Assembly (NCBI GenBank): GCA_048128005.1
Contig: JBEUKZ010000008.1
Coordinates: forward strand, 310,001-374,000
Source: Veleropilina oligotropha
Lineage: Eukaryota
Reading direction: 5' to 3'
Length of the DNA stretch: 64,000 bases
Under the pieces are notes generated by a model. It did not search any database. It was not told where the DNA came from and was given only the letters and a program-made list of their open reading frames with translations. The position numbers and the translations under genes were made by a program. This document shows positions 12,901-27,900 of the stretch, in pieces. Positions within the stretch are counted from its first letter, which is position 1. Every line of letters begins with the position of its first letter.

Positions 12901-15900
12901 GCACTTGCAACTAGTAACAGTTAGTATGCACTGATATTAGTCAATTCCAAATAATAAACTTTATTGAAACATGAAAACAGTAACTAAACATAAATAAAGT
13001 AGTCTTTATTCAGCTTGTACAACACAGAAATGATACATAGCTTTATTCATACAATGTAACTTAATCCAAGTTGATATGAATTATATGCACAAAGTCAATA
13101 ATTGACGTCATCTCACACAAGCTCTGGGGAGCAGCCTATAAAGACGTCACTAGGGGCGACGTCACAAAATGACGTTTGTACACAATGAGTTAAGTGGGTA
13201 GGCCTACCTGGTTGGCGTGTTAAATATCCCCCGCCAAAAAAAATTTGCGGGAAGATATTAAAATGCACACCGTCCGCGCAAATTATCTTTTCCGGAGCAT
13301 ATCTCATACACCGCTCGACATAACTTTTCGAAACTTGCTGGGTGTATTAAGTACTCTGTGAACTGGTGCCTTTTCCTAGTTTCATCATTGTGCCACTATT
13401 ATGAACAGAGTTATTGCCCTTGTTGTAATTTCATTAATGTTATCTTTACCGGACCGTATCTCAAACACCGCTCGACATAGCTTTTCGAAACTTGCTGGAT
13501 GTATTAAGTATTTGGTTAACTGGTGCCTTTTGCTAGTTTCAACGTTGTGCCGCTATTATGAACAGAGTTATTGCTCTTGTTGTAAATTCATTAATGTTAT
13601 CTTTTCCAGACCGTATCTCAAACACCGCTCGACATAGCTTTTCAAAACTTGCTGGATATATTAAGTATTTGGTGAACTGGTGCATTTTGCTAGTTTCAAC
13701 GTTGTGCCGCTATTATGAACAGAGTTATTGCTCTTGATGTAAATTCGTTAATGTTGTCTTTTCCATACCGTATCTCAAACACCGCTCGACATAACTTTAC
13801 AAAACTGGCTGGATGTATTAAGTTGTTGGTGAAATGGTGCCTTTTGCTAGTTTCGACGTTGTGCAGCGATCATTAACAGAGTTATTGCCCTTGATGAAAT
13901 TTTTTAAATGTTTTCCTGTCCGAATCGTATCTCATAAACCTCTCAACATAACTTTATGCAATTTGGTGGATGTATTAAGCATTTGGTGAACTTGTGCCTT
14001 TCGCTAATTTCGATGTTGTATGGTAATTATTAACAGAGTTATTGTCCTTGCTTTAAATTTGTTATTTATCACTTTAACTCATAAAGTGCTTGACTTATCA
14101 CTACGAAACTTGTTGTGAATGTACCATTGTAGGGGATATTGATGACTTTGTCTTCTTGTTAATCGTAGAGTTCGCTAGTGTCAGCTTGACTGTAATACTC
14201 TCACAGAGAGCAGAGATGGATTCATGATTAGAACAGGCCGATAAAAATCAGGGATAATAATTTTGAGCATATATATGGATACAGCGTGATATAAATTATT
14301 ATTAATTATAATTAATTATTTGCTTCAGTTCAGCAGGGCCTCTGTAAGCCACCGTACTTCAACGCTGACGCCTCGATTCGAGATGAGTGCATACGGTGTT
14401 TCTGCTTCGGTAACACAGACCAATGTTACAGCAGTACACTAAACAGGACTACGGTAGGTCACCTGTATAGTTGTCACCCAGTCCTACCTATACTGTAGAA
14501 TATTATGTAAAAACGTGTGGAAGCATATAGTGCATGCATATTTCTAGCTATTTATAATATATGTTGTATACAGCATACAGAATATAATATATTTGGTAAA
14601 GTGATTGCAGAATTTAACACTTTATTGAAAACTATAGTTGCATTATATTGCTAGCATTTCAATAAGATCTCTTGTGATATCAACACAACTAAATTGAGGG
14701 GGAGATTTTGATTCGCTGTGCTCGAATACCAGTATTGTGTATGATAGGTGCAAATTATGGTGCTCAATTATTAATCCAAAATGCTAATTAGAACACAACT
14801 TAAATATTAACAATCTTGTGATGTTCCCCAATCATTTTTTCGTAAATGCATAGGTCACAACTAGGGTATAAATACACATATACATATGTCCCAGTACGAT
14901 CTTAGATGTTAAAAAGGACAATACACCAAAATTTAAGCCTCGTGTTGTAACACCAAAGTGGGAACATATCTGTTTCTTTAACCTTAATTATTCATAGATT
15001 CTAACGATTCGTAAGTTGATGAAAAGAAGTTCGGATGATGCCTAACTTATCTGTATGTTCTTTCCATCAACTATGAGTATGTGGCTACTAGTAATCGTTA
15101 GTCAACAGAGAAAGTAAACAGTCATCCATTGTTATTTCAATAATTTAAGTTCTACGTGACTTTTTATCACCATTGCGATGTTATATTTTTATATTTACCA
15201 GATTACACCAGGTCCAAACATTGAATTGGTCAGGCGAGGTGATCTGTCCCCGGTTGAAGAGGGCTTCATCCAGTACAATCCAAACAACCGTGAGTTCTCC
15301 ATCCTGGACTTCAACCAACTCCTGCCCCAAGACCGATACTTCTTCAAGTTACCCATACAGCACCTTGGACATCAGGTAAGGCTTGTGAAGTTCCGTATTT
15401 CCCCATACTATGTCATTTGCATCGTATTTGGAATGGTCTCCATCCATCTATTTGTCAATCCTGTACCTCTCACTTCTTTTCCGAAAACGACCTAAAAATA
15501 CTTGGACACGCATCCACTGTATAGACAATAGACAAGTGCCGGAGAAGTGCCTTTCAATATTTAGAATTTTTCTTTTCCCTTCCATGTAAATTCACATCCA
15601 TGTAAGTAACACAGGCGTAGCATGGCATTAACAGGGATGGGGATATTGATGAACTGACTTTGTGGTCTGTCGTGAGTACATAACACAGTCTGTTGATATA
15701 ATTTAAATTAGTCAGGCCACCTTTTTATACGCCCATTTACGGAACGTATTATGTTTTCACCCACGTTGGGCAGATGGGCCGATAGAAGTTGTCCGCTCAA
15801 TAACTGGAGTAATTTTCATCCAAACTTGGGGTAAAGAAGTTTCTAGCGATAATATCTAGGTCAAGTTCGACATCCAGCGTCATCGGACCGTTAGAACTAG

Positions 15901-18900
15901 AATTATGGCCCTTGAATTATGTAAAATTTACATGTCCGCTCGATAACGCAAGCAATTTTTATTCATTCTTCACCAAACTTGGTAAAGATGTTTGTACCCA
16001 TAATATCTAGGTCAAGTTCGATATCCAGCGTCATCGGACCGTTATAACTTGAGTTATGGCCCTTTAATTATGTAAAATTTACATGTCCGCTCGATAACGC
16101 GAGCAATTTTTATTCCTTCTTCACCAAACTTGGTAACAATGTTTGTACAGTACCAATAATATCTAGGTCAAGGTCAATAGACAAGGTCATCGGAGCGTTA
16201 GAACCAGAGTTGTGCCCCTTGAAATATGCAAAATTGACATAATACACAGTGTCCACTCGATAACTCGAGGAATTTTTATTCAATGTTCACCAAACATGGT
16301 AATGATGTTTGTAGCGATAATATCTAGGTCAAGTTCGATATCCAAAGTTAGATTCCACCTTGAAATATAACTGAGAAGTTTGAATATGCCTGAGCATTAT
16401 GCATTATTAACATTCTTTCTTTGATTACAAATATAATTTTAGAAAGGTAAGTTAAAATGTTTGGTTTGTATACTTATATAAATATCATGTGTCACTGTAT
16501 ACAATGGTAAATGACATGTGCTTATCTGTAAGAATTGCTCACTGCCAATAGGCACAGTAAGCTGTTACGCTTAATAGTCAGTCTGTGAAGCTGGGATTTT
16601 CAAAATCGGAAATTAAATTGATTTTGAAAACTGCCTGCCCATTGGTTCATTTCAATAGTATCTTGAAATGGCAGTATATGTTGCCATTATACAAGAGCAA
16701 ACTGCAAACGGTGTCTAATGTCACTCTGGTCAACTGGTTGAGGTTCAAATTATCAGGTAATATGGCTCTTGAATTATGTAAATTATGCAAAATTGACTTT
16801 CTACAGAGTCTGATTGACGACTCTAGCAAATTTCATCCATCATTCACTACATTTGCTCTGACATGCGAAAATGCTTCATTATTTTGCAAACAATTTGCTC
16901 ATGACTTCAATAGAACATAGAGACGGGTGTATATTGTGACCTGGCACTCTTGTTATATTTTAGAAAAGAAATCTAAGTAGAAACTCAAAGAAATAGAAGC
17001 GTGATGATATCTTAGTTTCATATCTTATATCTTGATGTTTATGTTACAGTTAACGGGTTATGGAGGTGAGCTGCGTTACCGTGTATATTATGAGGTGTCA
17101 GGTCGTCCAAGCCCAACCAACGAACCAGATGTCGTCATTGTGGTAAATATTGATTTTACATAGTTGCAAATATTTATGGGTACACTATATACTTGTAAAA
17201 TGATTTTATCGTTTGTGTTGTTGTTCTGAGGGACCGCTGCGGTAACCATGTGGTCTTGAATGATGACTCTGAAATCGCTGGTTTGATAGCTCTGATTATT
17301 ATCAGGAGTACTTGTCTCGGTTCGGCATTGACATTCTTGTTCATATTCAACATTTAGTAGAACATGTTATATCGATGTAGTATTTCCTGTTAATGGTATG
17401 TTTGGTCAATTATTATTGGATGAATTGTAAATTTATACCACCTTGATTTTATTTATGCTTATATCTTGTTTTGTTTTTAGGGAGCCAATGGTGTGACACT
17501 GTATCATCACAGTCAAACGCAGCTGGTCCCGAATTCACAGAACACCGTGATCATTCCACTTGTTGAGGTAGACTTCTGTACAGCACGCTGTTATTCATTC
17601 AAAGACCAAATATTTGTTTGTGTAGTATAAAATCTGCGCTTAATTTCGTTTTTCTGATACCGCTTTTTCCGGCGTCCGGTCGTCGTCAACTTTTGACTTG
17701 AAATGTGAATATCTTCAAAACTATCTGATAACTTTTTTTCAACTTTGGCATGAGCCTTAAATTCCTAATGATGTTCGAAACATATCCTGAAATTAATAGA
17801 ATTTTAGATGCAATGTTTTGGTGAATGCAGATTTGTGAATAATTGTCGGATTTTTAAGGTAAACACGATAATATTGTCGTAAATATTAAATTTTTATTAA
17901 AACCCACAATAATAATTTAATTTGCAGTGTATGAAATTATGTAGATATCGGTTTGAAATAACCACAATCAATAATACAAGAAATTTGTAAATGTAATTTA
18001 AAATATTTTTAATTCACAATATGAATTTTATGAAGATAATTTAGACCTATTAAAACACATTTCGTTAACTGTTAAACAGATAAGATTAGGCCTATGCAAT
18101 TAAATGAATTAATAATGCTAAATAGACATTTAGAAATGCAATGTATGTTTATCATAATGACAATACAGATCATTTAAATATTTCAATTTTGTAGTGCTTT
18201 TTGTGTTAAAACCAGGAATTAATAGGAGCATTTTAAAATTAAAATCACCTAATTATGCACAATTTGATTCTGACACGTATTAAATTAAAATGGAGTGGTT
18301 GTTGCTAGGAAGAAAAAAAGTAGTTCCCTAGAAACCTGGGACATGATAAAGTCGACTTTATCACGTGGTCCGGATTTCGTCATGTATCACGTTCTCAGAG
18401 CACAAAACATTGATAAAAAGCTGAATGTTGTTAAAAATGGGACATTAAGAATCAAGCCAAATTAAATCTTAACAATCATAGTCGATTTTAGCATGACATT
18501 TTTCCCGTTTTTAATTTTCACTCAACACCGACGAACAACTATGTTTGTTCACCTTCACTTAGCACTGAACGATTCATTATTATAACAATGTAGTTGTAGG
18601 TATTTTTTACTTACTTTTATAACTTTTTTTGAAACTGAAATTTCCAACGTTTCTGCCATTATCGAATTGCCTTGGTCACGTGATGTTAGCCTTTGCGTAG
18701 TGGTTATGAGTGTGCATAAACTACAATTATGAAGTGTAAACTGCTGTCTGACAACAGGTCCTTGAGTACATTCTTTCATTTATCTGCTTGCAGTCTGAAT
18801 GGGGTAGAACGGAAGGACCTCGTCGGGGGGATACACCGATCGAGTATGCCACACGTGAAGATCTGATGCGAGTACTGCAGAACCTCACCACTGTGTTGAT

Positions 18901-21900
18901 TAGGGGTGTCTACGACAACTTCCAGACACAAGTCAGGTAATATTTTTGAGCTGTTATCTTATATCGTATTTTCGTATATGTATGTGGATACGGAAATTGT
19001 CTGCGAACCAGGAGTTTTGGCAGTTTATCATTTCCTTCTGGCTTGACACTTTGTGGGGTACAAGTGATGGTGATGCGAGTGGGTACTATGGTTTGTCTTT
19101 CACAAAATATGGACATGACCTGGCTGAACCTGAACGGGTGTTGAAATAGGGACTTTAAGATTGATACAATCCAAACACTGTAGCATTCCTAACTTAAAGA
19201 GTGACAACAATTAATAATATTCTTGACCAATCCAATTTTAATGTTTCCAGTACCCAACATATATATTGCATAGGTGTAACCGAATGCTGCATGTATAACC
19301 CATTTGACATATATAATAACTGAATGCTGTATGTCCATATTTTGAAGGTCACTATAGTCCAAATCTTTCATGGATTAAATGTATGTAATCGAACTTAGGT
19401 TTTTCATTTTATATATGCCATGAAACCATATATTCGGACAAGTATCACTGAAACATTGTTGTGAAATGGTCATTTTAATCTTTTGTTGACACGTTTCAAA
19501 GAGCTGCTTATTCCATATGACTGAACCTGTTATTCACAAAAGAACTAAAAAAGTAATTGTGGTCGCCGATATTCCTGATTTACATTGTCTTCTGTCACCC
19601 AGACTTGCCGATGTCGTTTGGACGACTGCTGTGCTTCAAGCAACAACGCGAGGTCGCGCCTACGAAGTAGAAGAGTGCATCTGCCCGACAGGTTATGACG
19701 GACTCTCTTGCGAGGTGAGTTCATCTAGCATAGACCTTAGATATAGAATAACTACACATATTCATGTTGCTAAACTTTCTAAGTTTTCTTTTGTATTAAC
19801 TTTGGAAAATTAAACAAGTATTGCATGCATCAATCACTCTTGGATGATATTTCTGGTTAGCGAATAATCTTTTAAACATGGTTCAATCCAGTTTGTTTGC
19901 GGACAAAGGGGAAAAGGGGACATTGAAAGTAAAAGAAAACGTAACCTAATAATAGTCTATACCTGCCGTGCGTTCAGGATCTACTTTCCAGCAAAACAAT
20001 TTTCAAAAGCGCTTTGCATGCTTTATGAATGCTCTTTGGTGTTGAAAACGTTTTCCAAAATGGCCGACTTTATCGACTTGATTTACCGATCAACGAATGT
20101 GCTAATGATAACACATTTACGCCTGCCAATCCATCAATTAGGAAACTTCCATGCTATTAGAGCTGGTCCGTGTTTATCACTACGGGACACATCAATCCTT
20201 GTCGAAGGCTATATATTGACACTTTCATCCCATATTACCGAAATTTTGATTAAATAAATACAACTATTATAGAACTTCAAAATGACAACATCGACCATTC
20301 TTGTAAAATCCGATTGTTAGTACAACTATCAACTATAAATAACAGCGACATACGATATAAAATTGTTTCCTTTCGCGTCACCAGCTGCTGCTTGACATAT
20401 TGGTCACATCATTGTTTACATAATATTGAACTGCTAAACGCAAAATGTTTTGTGATTTAGACAAAACGTTTTCATCCTGAACGCACGGGAGTGCGGTCAT
20501 GTTATAATTAGCACTTTTTACATGCAATAGTAAGGGTAATGTTTGTCTTGTGACTTTTCTATTATTAATCTCCTCGAATCCAGTAACAATAACATTGAAT
20601 TATCTTTGGTATTTGTAATCATGATTATCAGGTCATTTTTAATATACAAAGTACAGTGGAACCCGCTTATTTGCATAGCGAGATTGTCTCGATTATTTAT
20701 GCGATTATCCGGATTATTCGATTAACCGATTTAACCAAATCAGTAAATTTCGGAAATTATTTTTCGCTGGAAATCATCGACGATAGTTGCTTGTATTTAA
20801 AATAGTTCTTTATTATAAATATGTTCTGGTAATAAATTTATTTGTAAATCATACTAAAGGGTCCATACTAAATGTATTTTTCCTTCCATAAAATTATAAA
20901 TACGGATTGTATGCACAATATTTTGTGGTTATTCTGACCTGAAGGTGATTAGCCTGTTTCAGTAGAATTGATATAGGTTTCGACAGCGTATCGTCGCATT
21001 TCATACATTACTATGGTGTGGAAATTCATTTTCAGAACGATTCTCTTCTGCTGAACACGTGTCGCGTTATTGGCCGCCATGTTGAAAAATTTGCTGAAAT
21101 GTTTTAATCTCGAATCGATTTTTGTTTACAGTTATTGAATAATTATTTCTGGCGAGATTTAATTATTACAGTATTATATTATTTTATATAAAAAACAATA
21201 TAAGATGTTGTCTTCATATAAAATTAAAATAATAATTAAATCAGCGGCGGCAACGAGGCTACGTATTCTCAAAAACTAGATCAGGGGAGATAATACTTCT
21301 CATTTTGTAGGATCAGTCGTTACAAATTTATGTTGTTGTCTTAGAATTATGTAATTTATCGGCGAACTAAGTTCTGTTCGTGTGAATAGATGTAACGACA
21401 CCGTTTACTTTGATTCATAAGCCTAATCTTCGATTTTGCATTCAAATAAACTCAACAGTCGGTCATTTGGATTCGGGACAATAGATTTTTAATCCCCATT
21501 AATCCGTTTATCGTGTCACGGTGTGTGACTTCGCAACTTCAAAAATCAGACAAAGGCGATCGTTTATAGACCTAATTTAGCAAAACATTGATGCCGACAC
21601 AACGCTGGGTCTTCTTTACTTTATCGATCGATAATTTCCCCGACTGACATCGCTCATTTCCGTAACATTTCTGCACTGAAACAATGTTTACCGAATTTTC
21701 AGTTCCGACTTTTTCCGGAAGTAAAATTATTTTGGAACCCACGAGGTTGCAAAAATGGTTCAAACTTCGAATGTTACTGTTGAATAAACATCTTTATGAT
21801 GGCGTAGCAAGACATACTGGGAAATACGCAAGTATTTTGATCAATTTTGCGATTTTATTATCAATTATGTATTGTTTTGTCGAAAATTTCTTATGCAAAT

Positions 21901-24900
21901 AAGCGGGAATCGAATAATTATCCATGCGATTAACCGAATATTTGCATATGATAATAATAGTAAAATATTCTGTTCCCAGAGATTATATGCAAATAACCGG
22001 ATTATGCAATTAAGCGATATGCAATTAAGTGGGTTCCACTGTAACAGTATACAGTAACTCCATGAGACAATATCCCAAGGATTTTGGTATAATTACAATA
22101 TTGAAACTTGTTTTCACCTTTATTTTCTGATATACTAGAGTAGCAATGAAGTCTTCATTGGTTGTTTCAGCGTTGTGCAGCTGGGTTCTACCGACGTGTA
22201 TCGAGAGGTGGTCACGAGCTCGGCGAATGCGTCCCATGCAGTTGTAATGGTCACTCCAACGAATGCGACCAGTTCAGTGGAATATGCTTTGTGAGTATTA
22301 TGCTGAATCTTGTCATTGGCAGAAATCCTTGTAAATAACATTTCGTACCAGAATATTATAAAGTTGAGTTGACAACTTTGTTTTACGACCCCTTGGGCAA
22401 TTTGGTAAATTGTTCTATGGCATGTTTTAATGGAAATGTTAACACTGACAATTTTTCAGCAATATTGCTGTGTATGATTTTGAATCTAGTATGCCTTCCA
22501 TGTTTTTTGCATTAGTGCAAGCAACTCTGGTGTTGTTGCCAAGTGTAATCATAGTCATTCATATTGGGCTAATGCCTTATATTCACTTCAGAACTGTCGC
22601 TATAACACGAGAGGATCGTCATGTGAGATCTGTGTGGATGGTTACTATGGTGATGCCCGAGGCGGTACCCTACAGGACTGCAATGCGTGTCCTTGCCCTC
22701 TGACCCAGTCACCGAATCAGTAAGTAGATAAATATAATCTTGTTAATTTGGTATGTCTGTTTTCTATCTCTAATGATTAATTATGTTGAACCTGTATTAT
22801 TGTAAAATATCGAACAAGATAGTATCAATACCATTATTGCTGCTAGCTTCATTTGGTGATGCTCACCAATGTTAAATCACTGATACATATAAACCAGCCT
22901 TTTGTCTGGCAGTTTAGGGCATTTCATGATTCCAAACGTGGATGGTGTCCTAAAATATACGTTAACGGAAGTATATGTGTAAAGTCTCTTTGCACACGTT
23001 TTATTATTTCAAATATACTGAAGTATTCCATTGTGAATATCTTTATATAATGATGTAATTAGTTGAGCCGTTTACGGAGAATTTGTTGTATTGAGGCTGT
23101 CTGTGTGGTGGTGGTGGTGTATGACCACGATGACTTTACATGGCTCAACTATGCTTCCTCTCGGATGCGCTTTAATTATGTATTGATAATTATTCAATTA
23201 TATCCACCATAAATTCATACTACATGGTAAAGATCGATATTCTGCTAAGAATTCAAATATTGTGACAATCAACTTCGTGTAATAGGCAAGTAATAATTGA
23301 AGTTAATATTTAGTTGAGCTGTTTACGGAGAAACTATAATAATTGTATTGAGGCTGTCTGTGTGGTGATGGTGGTGGTGTATGTCCACCATGACTTTACA
23401 TGGCTCAACTATGCTTCCTCTCGGATGCGCTTGTTTAATATTTGTTTTCTGCTCCCAAATTTGTCCTGATTCAGGCTTTCTCATTGTATCACCTCTTGCA
23501 GGTTTACTCAAACGTGTAGATTGGAGCGAGATGGCCTGGTGACCTGCATTGGTTGTCCTGAAGGCCATGTTGGTAGACAGTGTGAGCGCTGTGCCGAGGG
23601 TTATATCGGAAACCCACGAGAACCAGGAGACCATTGCCGACGCTGGCGACGTAAGCTATGACTGGAGTGTATTTATAGTATTGTATGATATGGCAGGGCA
23701 TTAGACTTAGATGTCAGGTAATCGTACTGCAGGATTCAATAAATGATATATAGCAATAGCATAAATCTTGTCTATGGATAACCACAACGTGATTATACAA
23801 CAAGTCGGATGTTTGTGTTTCTTTGCTGACAATAACTGAATTGATGTATGCCAATAACAGATATGCTGTGTTGGAATGGACATCATAATAGTTGTATTTT
23901 AATCCTTGGCACATTTTGTATGTTTATATTTTTCGTTCTTTCAGCTGAGGAGACTTGCGATGCTCGTGGCAGTGTATCGTCCAGGAGAAACCCACTCACT
24001 CGGCTGTGCACCTGCAAGGTGAGATAACAGTTAATACAAGCGTCAATGGGTTCAATTCCTGGGGGTGTCGGGGATTTTTCCCATGATCGCTGCCTGCCTC
24101 CATGCCGAGTGTCTTGCATTGAAATATCCACAGAACCATGTTGAATGTGTAGTTATCTCGACCAGTATATTTAAACTCTTTCAAAATTATATATAATGTC
24201 TTTTATTTCCACTCCTCATACAAAGTTAATAATGAATGTAATCAAATATTGTAGTAATCTGAAATAAGACATGTTTTATTCCAGCAAAACGCTCAGGGGA
24301 GAAGATGTGACCGGTGTCGACAGAACACATTTTACCTGACGGCAGACTATCCGTACGGCTGCATATCCTGTTTTTGCATGGGAGTGACCAAAATGTGCAC
24401 GAGCACTTCGTGGAATCGAATGCAGGTGAGGGCATCGCAGACTGTTGGTTATCTGGTTAATGCACTTGTCTTAATGGTACTGCTTTGTAGCATTTCACCT
24501 TTTCAAATGGCTTTATGTAATGATTTACAGTCTGTGAATAAGACCATTCAATATGCACACAGCAATGTCTATTTCTTATGTATATTTCTTCAAGAATTAT
24601 TTCACACGTCAATTTCAACAGCACATTATCATTCAACTGTCTGAATCAGCTCGGTATTCTGTTCTGTAATTAATTCACTTTAACTGTGTCTCAGTTCTCC
24701 ATATCTTTTGTAGGTTGGGATATCGTTCGTAACAGATAGGGCAGGCGTGTATCTAACAGACATGACACGCCAAGAAAACATCGAGCAGGGATTTATTGTG
24801 AACTCCAACGATCGAGAACTTATTTATAGAAACTTTGCCAATCAGCAGCAGCAAACGTATTTCTGGTCATTGCCCTCGCGATTCCTGGGAGACAAGGTAA

Positions 24901-27900
24901 CACTAGTATATAATTACTCAATAATGGTATCCCCCAATAACGTTCATTTAATAAAGTTATAGGTAACTTGTACTAATAATAATACCGCCCGCTAGCATAC
25001 TTTTCATTTCTAAATTAATGTATTAATTGTGATTCTGCCGATTTAAGATCATTTATTGAATGTTCAATAATGTCATTTTATTTTCCTGAAATCATCAGTC
25101 AGATTAACATATGATGAATTTAACTTAAATGATTCTTTATCTCTCGCTATGTTTTTCCAGGTGATGGCGTATGGAGGAAACCTCCGCTTCACCCTTCAGT
25201 TCAGAGCTGGGTTCGACTCGACGCCGACTAATGCGGCAGATGTTGAAATCAGAGTAAGCTGATAGCTGATAGGTTGCTTCATGTGATCGATTCATTATGT
25301 GTCCACCTCTATAAATGGGGGCCGTTGCGACACTCGTGTGGTTTCGGTTGCAGAGTTTGAAATCACTGGCTCGATTTCACTGACACGAACAGTAGTGGGT
25401 TCGAATGTCGGCTGGGACATTGGCATTATTTGTTCAGTTATGAATCACAGCTGTCCGTAACTAGTCGGAGAGGGAAAGTTTCCCCTGGTGATAATATGAA
25501 CCTGATGGGTTGTTAATAAAGGATATTAAGCATTGATCCAATCTAATTAACAAATTAAGGCATATTTTGTTCACAATGCATCTATAATTATGACATCTAA
25601 AGGTGGAAACTGACAAACTTTATTTTTATTCCGGAGCGTATCTCATACATCGCTCAACATAACTTTACGAAACTTGCAGGGTGTATTAAGTAGTCGGTCA
25701 ACTGGTGGCTTTTTCCAGTTGAGTGGCGATTACTATAGAGTTACTGCCCTTGTTGTAAATTCGCTAATGTTATCTTTTCCGGACCGTATCCCATACACCA
25801 CTCAACATAACTTTACGAAACTTGATGGGTGTATTAATTATTTGGTGAACTGGTGCCTTTTGCTAATTGCAACATTGTGCAGCGATTAATAACAGAGTTA
25901 CTGCCCTTTTTATAAATTCGCTAATGTTGTCTCTTCCGGACTGGATCTCATACACCGCTCAACATTAATTTATAAAATTTGGTGGGTGTATTCAGTAGTT
26001 GGTGATCTAGTGCCTTTTGCTAATTTTGACATTACGCGGCGATTAATAACAGAGTTATTGCCCTTGTTTTTTGGAGCGTATCTCATAAATCGCTAAGCAT
26101 ATCTTTATGAAATTGGTATTGAGTAGTTGGTTGCCCGATGCCTTTTGCTAATTTTGACGTTCGACAGTTGTGCGGTGAATATTAACAGAGTTGTTGCCCT
26201 TGCCTTAAATTCATTAAAAGATTATATGTCATAAAGTGCTTGGCTTATCTTGACAAACCTTGATGGGTGCATTCAGTAGTTGGTTACCTCATGCCTATTC
26301 CTAATTTTGACGTTGTGCAGTGATTAATGACAGAGTTGTTGCCCTTGTTATCTTTTCTGGAGCGTATCTCTGAAATCACTTGACTTATCTATTTGAATCG
26401 TAGTTGTTGTATTCGGTAGTTGGATAACTGGTGCCTTCCTGCCAATTTCGACGTTTTCCTGCTATTATTGACGCAGTTTATTCACATGCCATTATTTAAA
26501 ACAATGATATTTAACTTAATCTATTGTTGTTTCAATAACATACAGCATATATAGCATATAGTGTGAATTTACCATTGCGGGGGATATTGCTGGCTCTGTC
26601 TTCTTGCTTACACTTAATAGCAGGGATGTAGTGTTAAAATTAGCGTTCCACCAGGGGGATATGTCTTCTCTTGATGACTCTTGTTTGTAGTGAGGATAGC
26701 CGAAGCTTTGCAAGTGATGGTTCCAGCCCAATCAAAGAATTTTCAGAGCAAGCAGTCAGATATTAAACTGGTGTATATAACTGTCTGTGGCATTTGGGTT
26801 TCGCTCGGATATACCCTATAAGTTGATAAATGGGACACTAAATGCCAATATATGCCAAACATTTATGTGTAAAATAATATTTGTTGAGCTAGGTATAAAT
26901 GACATGTAGCTACATCGTGCTTTTCTTGTTGTCAGGGCAACAATGTTAACCTGGTGCACCGCTTCAGTGAACGCCCTCGGTCTAATGACGTCCAGTCGTT
27001 TCAAGTACCAATATTTGAGGTAAAATATTTGTTTGTCTATTTCACAAAAGTATTTACATAATATTTAATGATTATTGTCTTTTAAATTATATAATTTCCA
27101 AAATGAAAATGTTGTAACTGTGAAATGAATATATAACCTAGTGACTTTTCGTCTGGTGAATGTTATTATGCAATCAAAATTGTAAGAAATGATATGAAGA
27201 GTTAATTTACACATGTGATATCCGTGAGTTTTATGTGTCAACAAAGCATGTAGTTAGTCAACTGTTGAGTGTGTGCTTTGACAGCAATATTGGCGAAGCG
27301 TTACTGGTGAAGCCGTACCCAGGGAGCAGATGCTAATGGCGCTAGCGGATCTCGACACGATTCTCATTCGAGCAACCTACAGCGCCAACACATTCGAATC
27401 CGGGTAAGTATAGGCTATACCAAGAGGTTTACTTGTTTAATCAGAGAAACCTGCATGAGGTGTGCAACGCTGAGTGATATATAACCAACTTAAATCATTA
27501 CAAAATGTAAAATTTATTATAATAATAAACTAATAAACTCGTTGTTAGTATCTGAATGTAGTTCCACATAGTCTAACTGTCAATATGGTTAGATAACCAA
27601 GGGTCAAGACAAAAGGGTGACTTCATATCAATGGCTTTGTGTATTCTGCTTTGTTTTCTAGCATTCGCGATATTACGATGGACACTGCTGAGGACCGTGT
27701 GACCGGGCTGGACAGAGCAGGCACGGTGGAGCACTGTGTCTGTCCTATAGGATATCGGGGGTTATCGTGTGAGGTGAGTTAGAGTGATTCGTAGCATATA
27801 TATGATGTATATGACCAAATTATTTCTCAGCCTTTAAAATATCCAATTTATTTTGCAGTTAGAAAACTCTGTAAGTTTCCCTGACATTAGTTATTCATTT

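Noticed and set aside
14327..14336. Tandem acceptors ttcag-ttcag-cag (NAGNAG-like)
   Set aside because: Only the first AG keeps the frame with the phase-1 upstream exon
18946..19149. 67-aa ORF next to an L4 exon
   Set aside because: No usable splice sites or domain similarity; contains a gggtactatggttt block resembling HINE 5' ends
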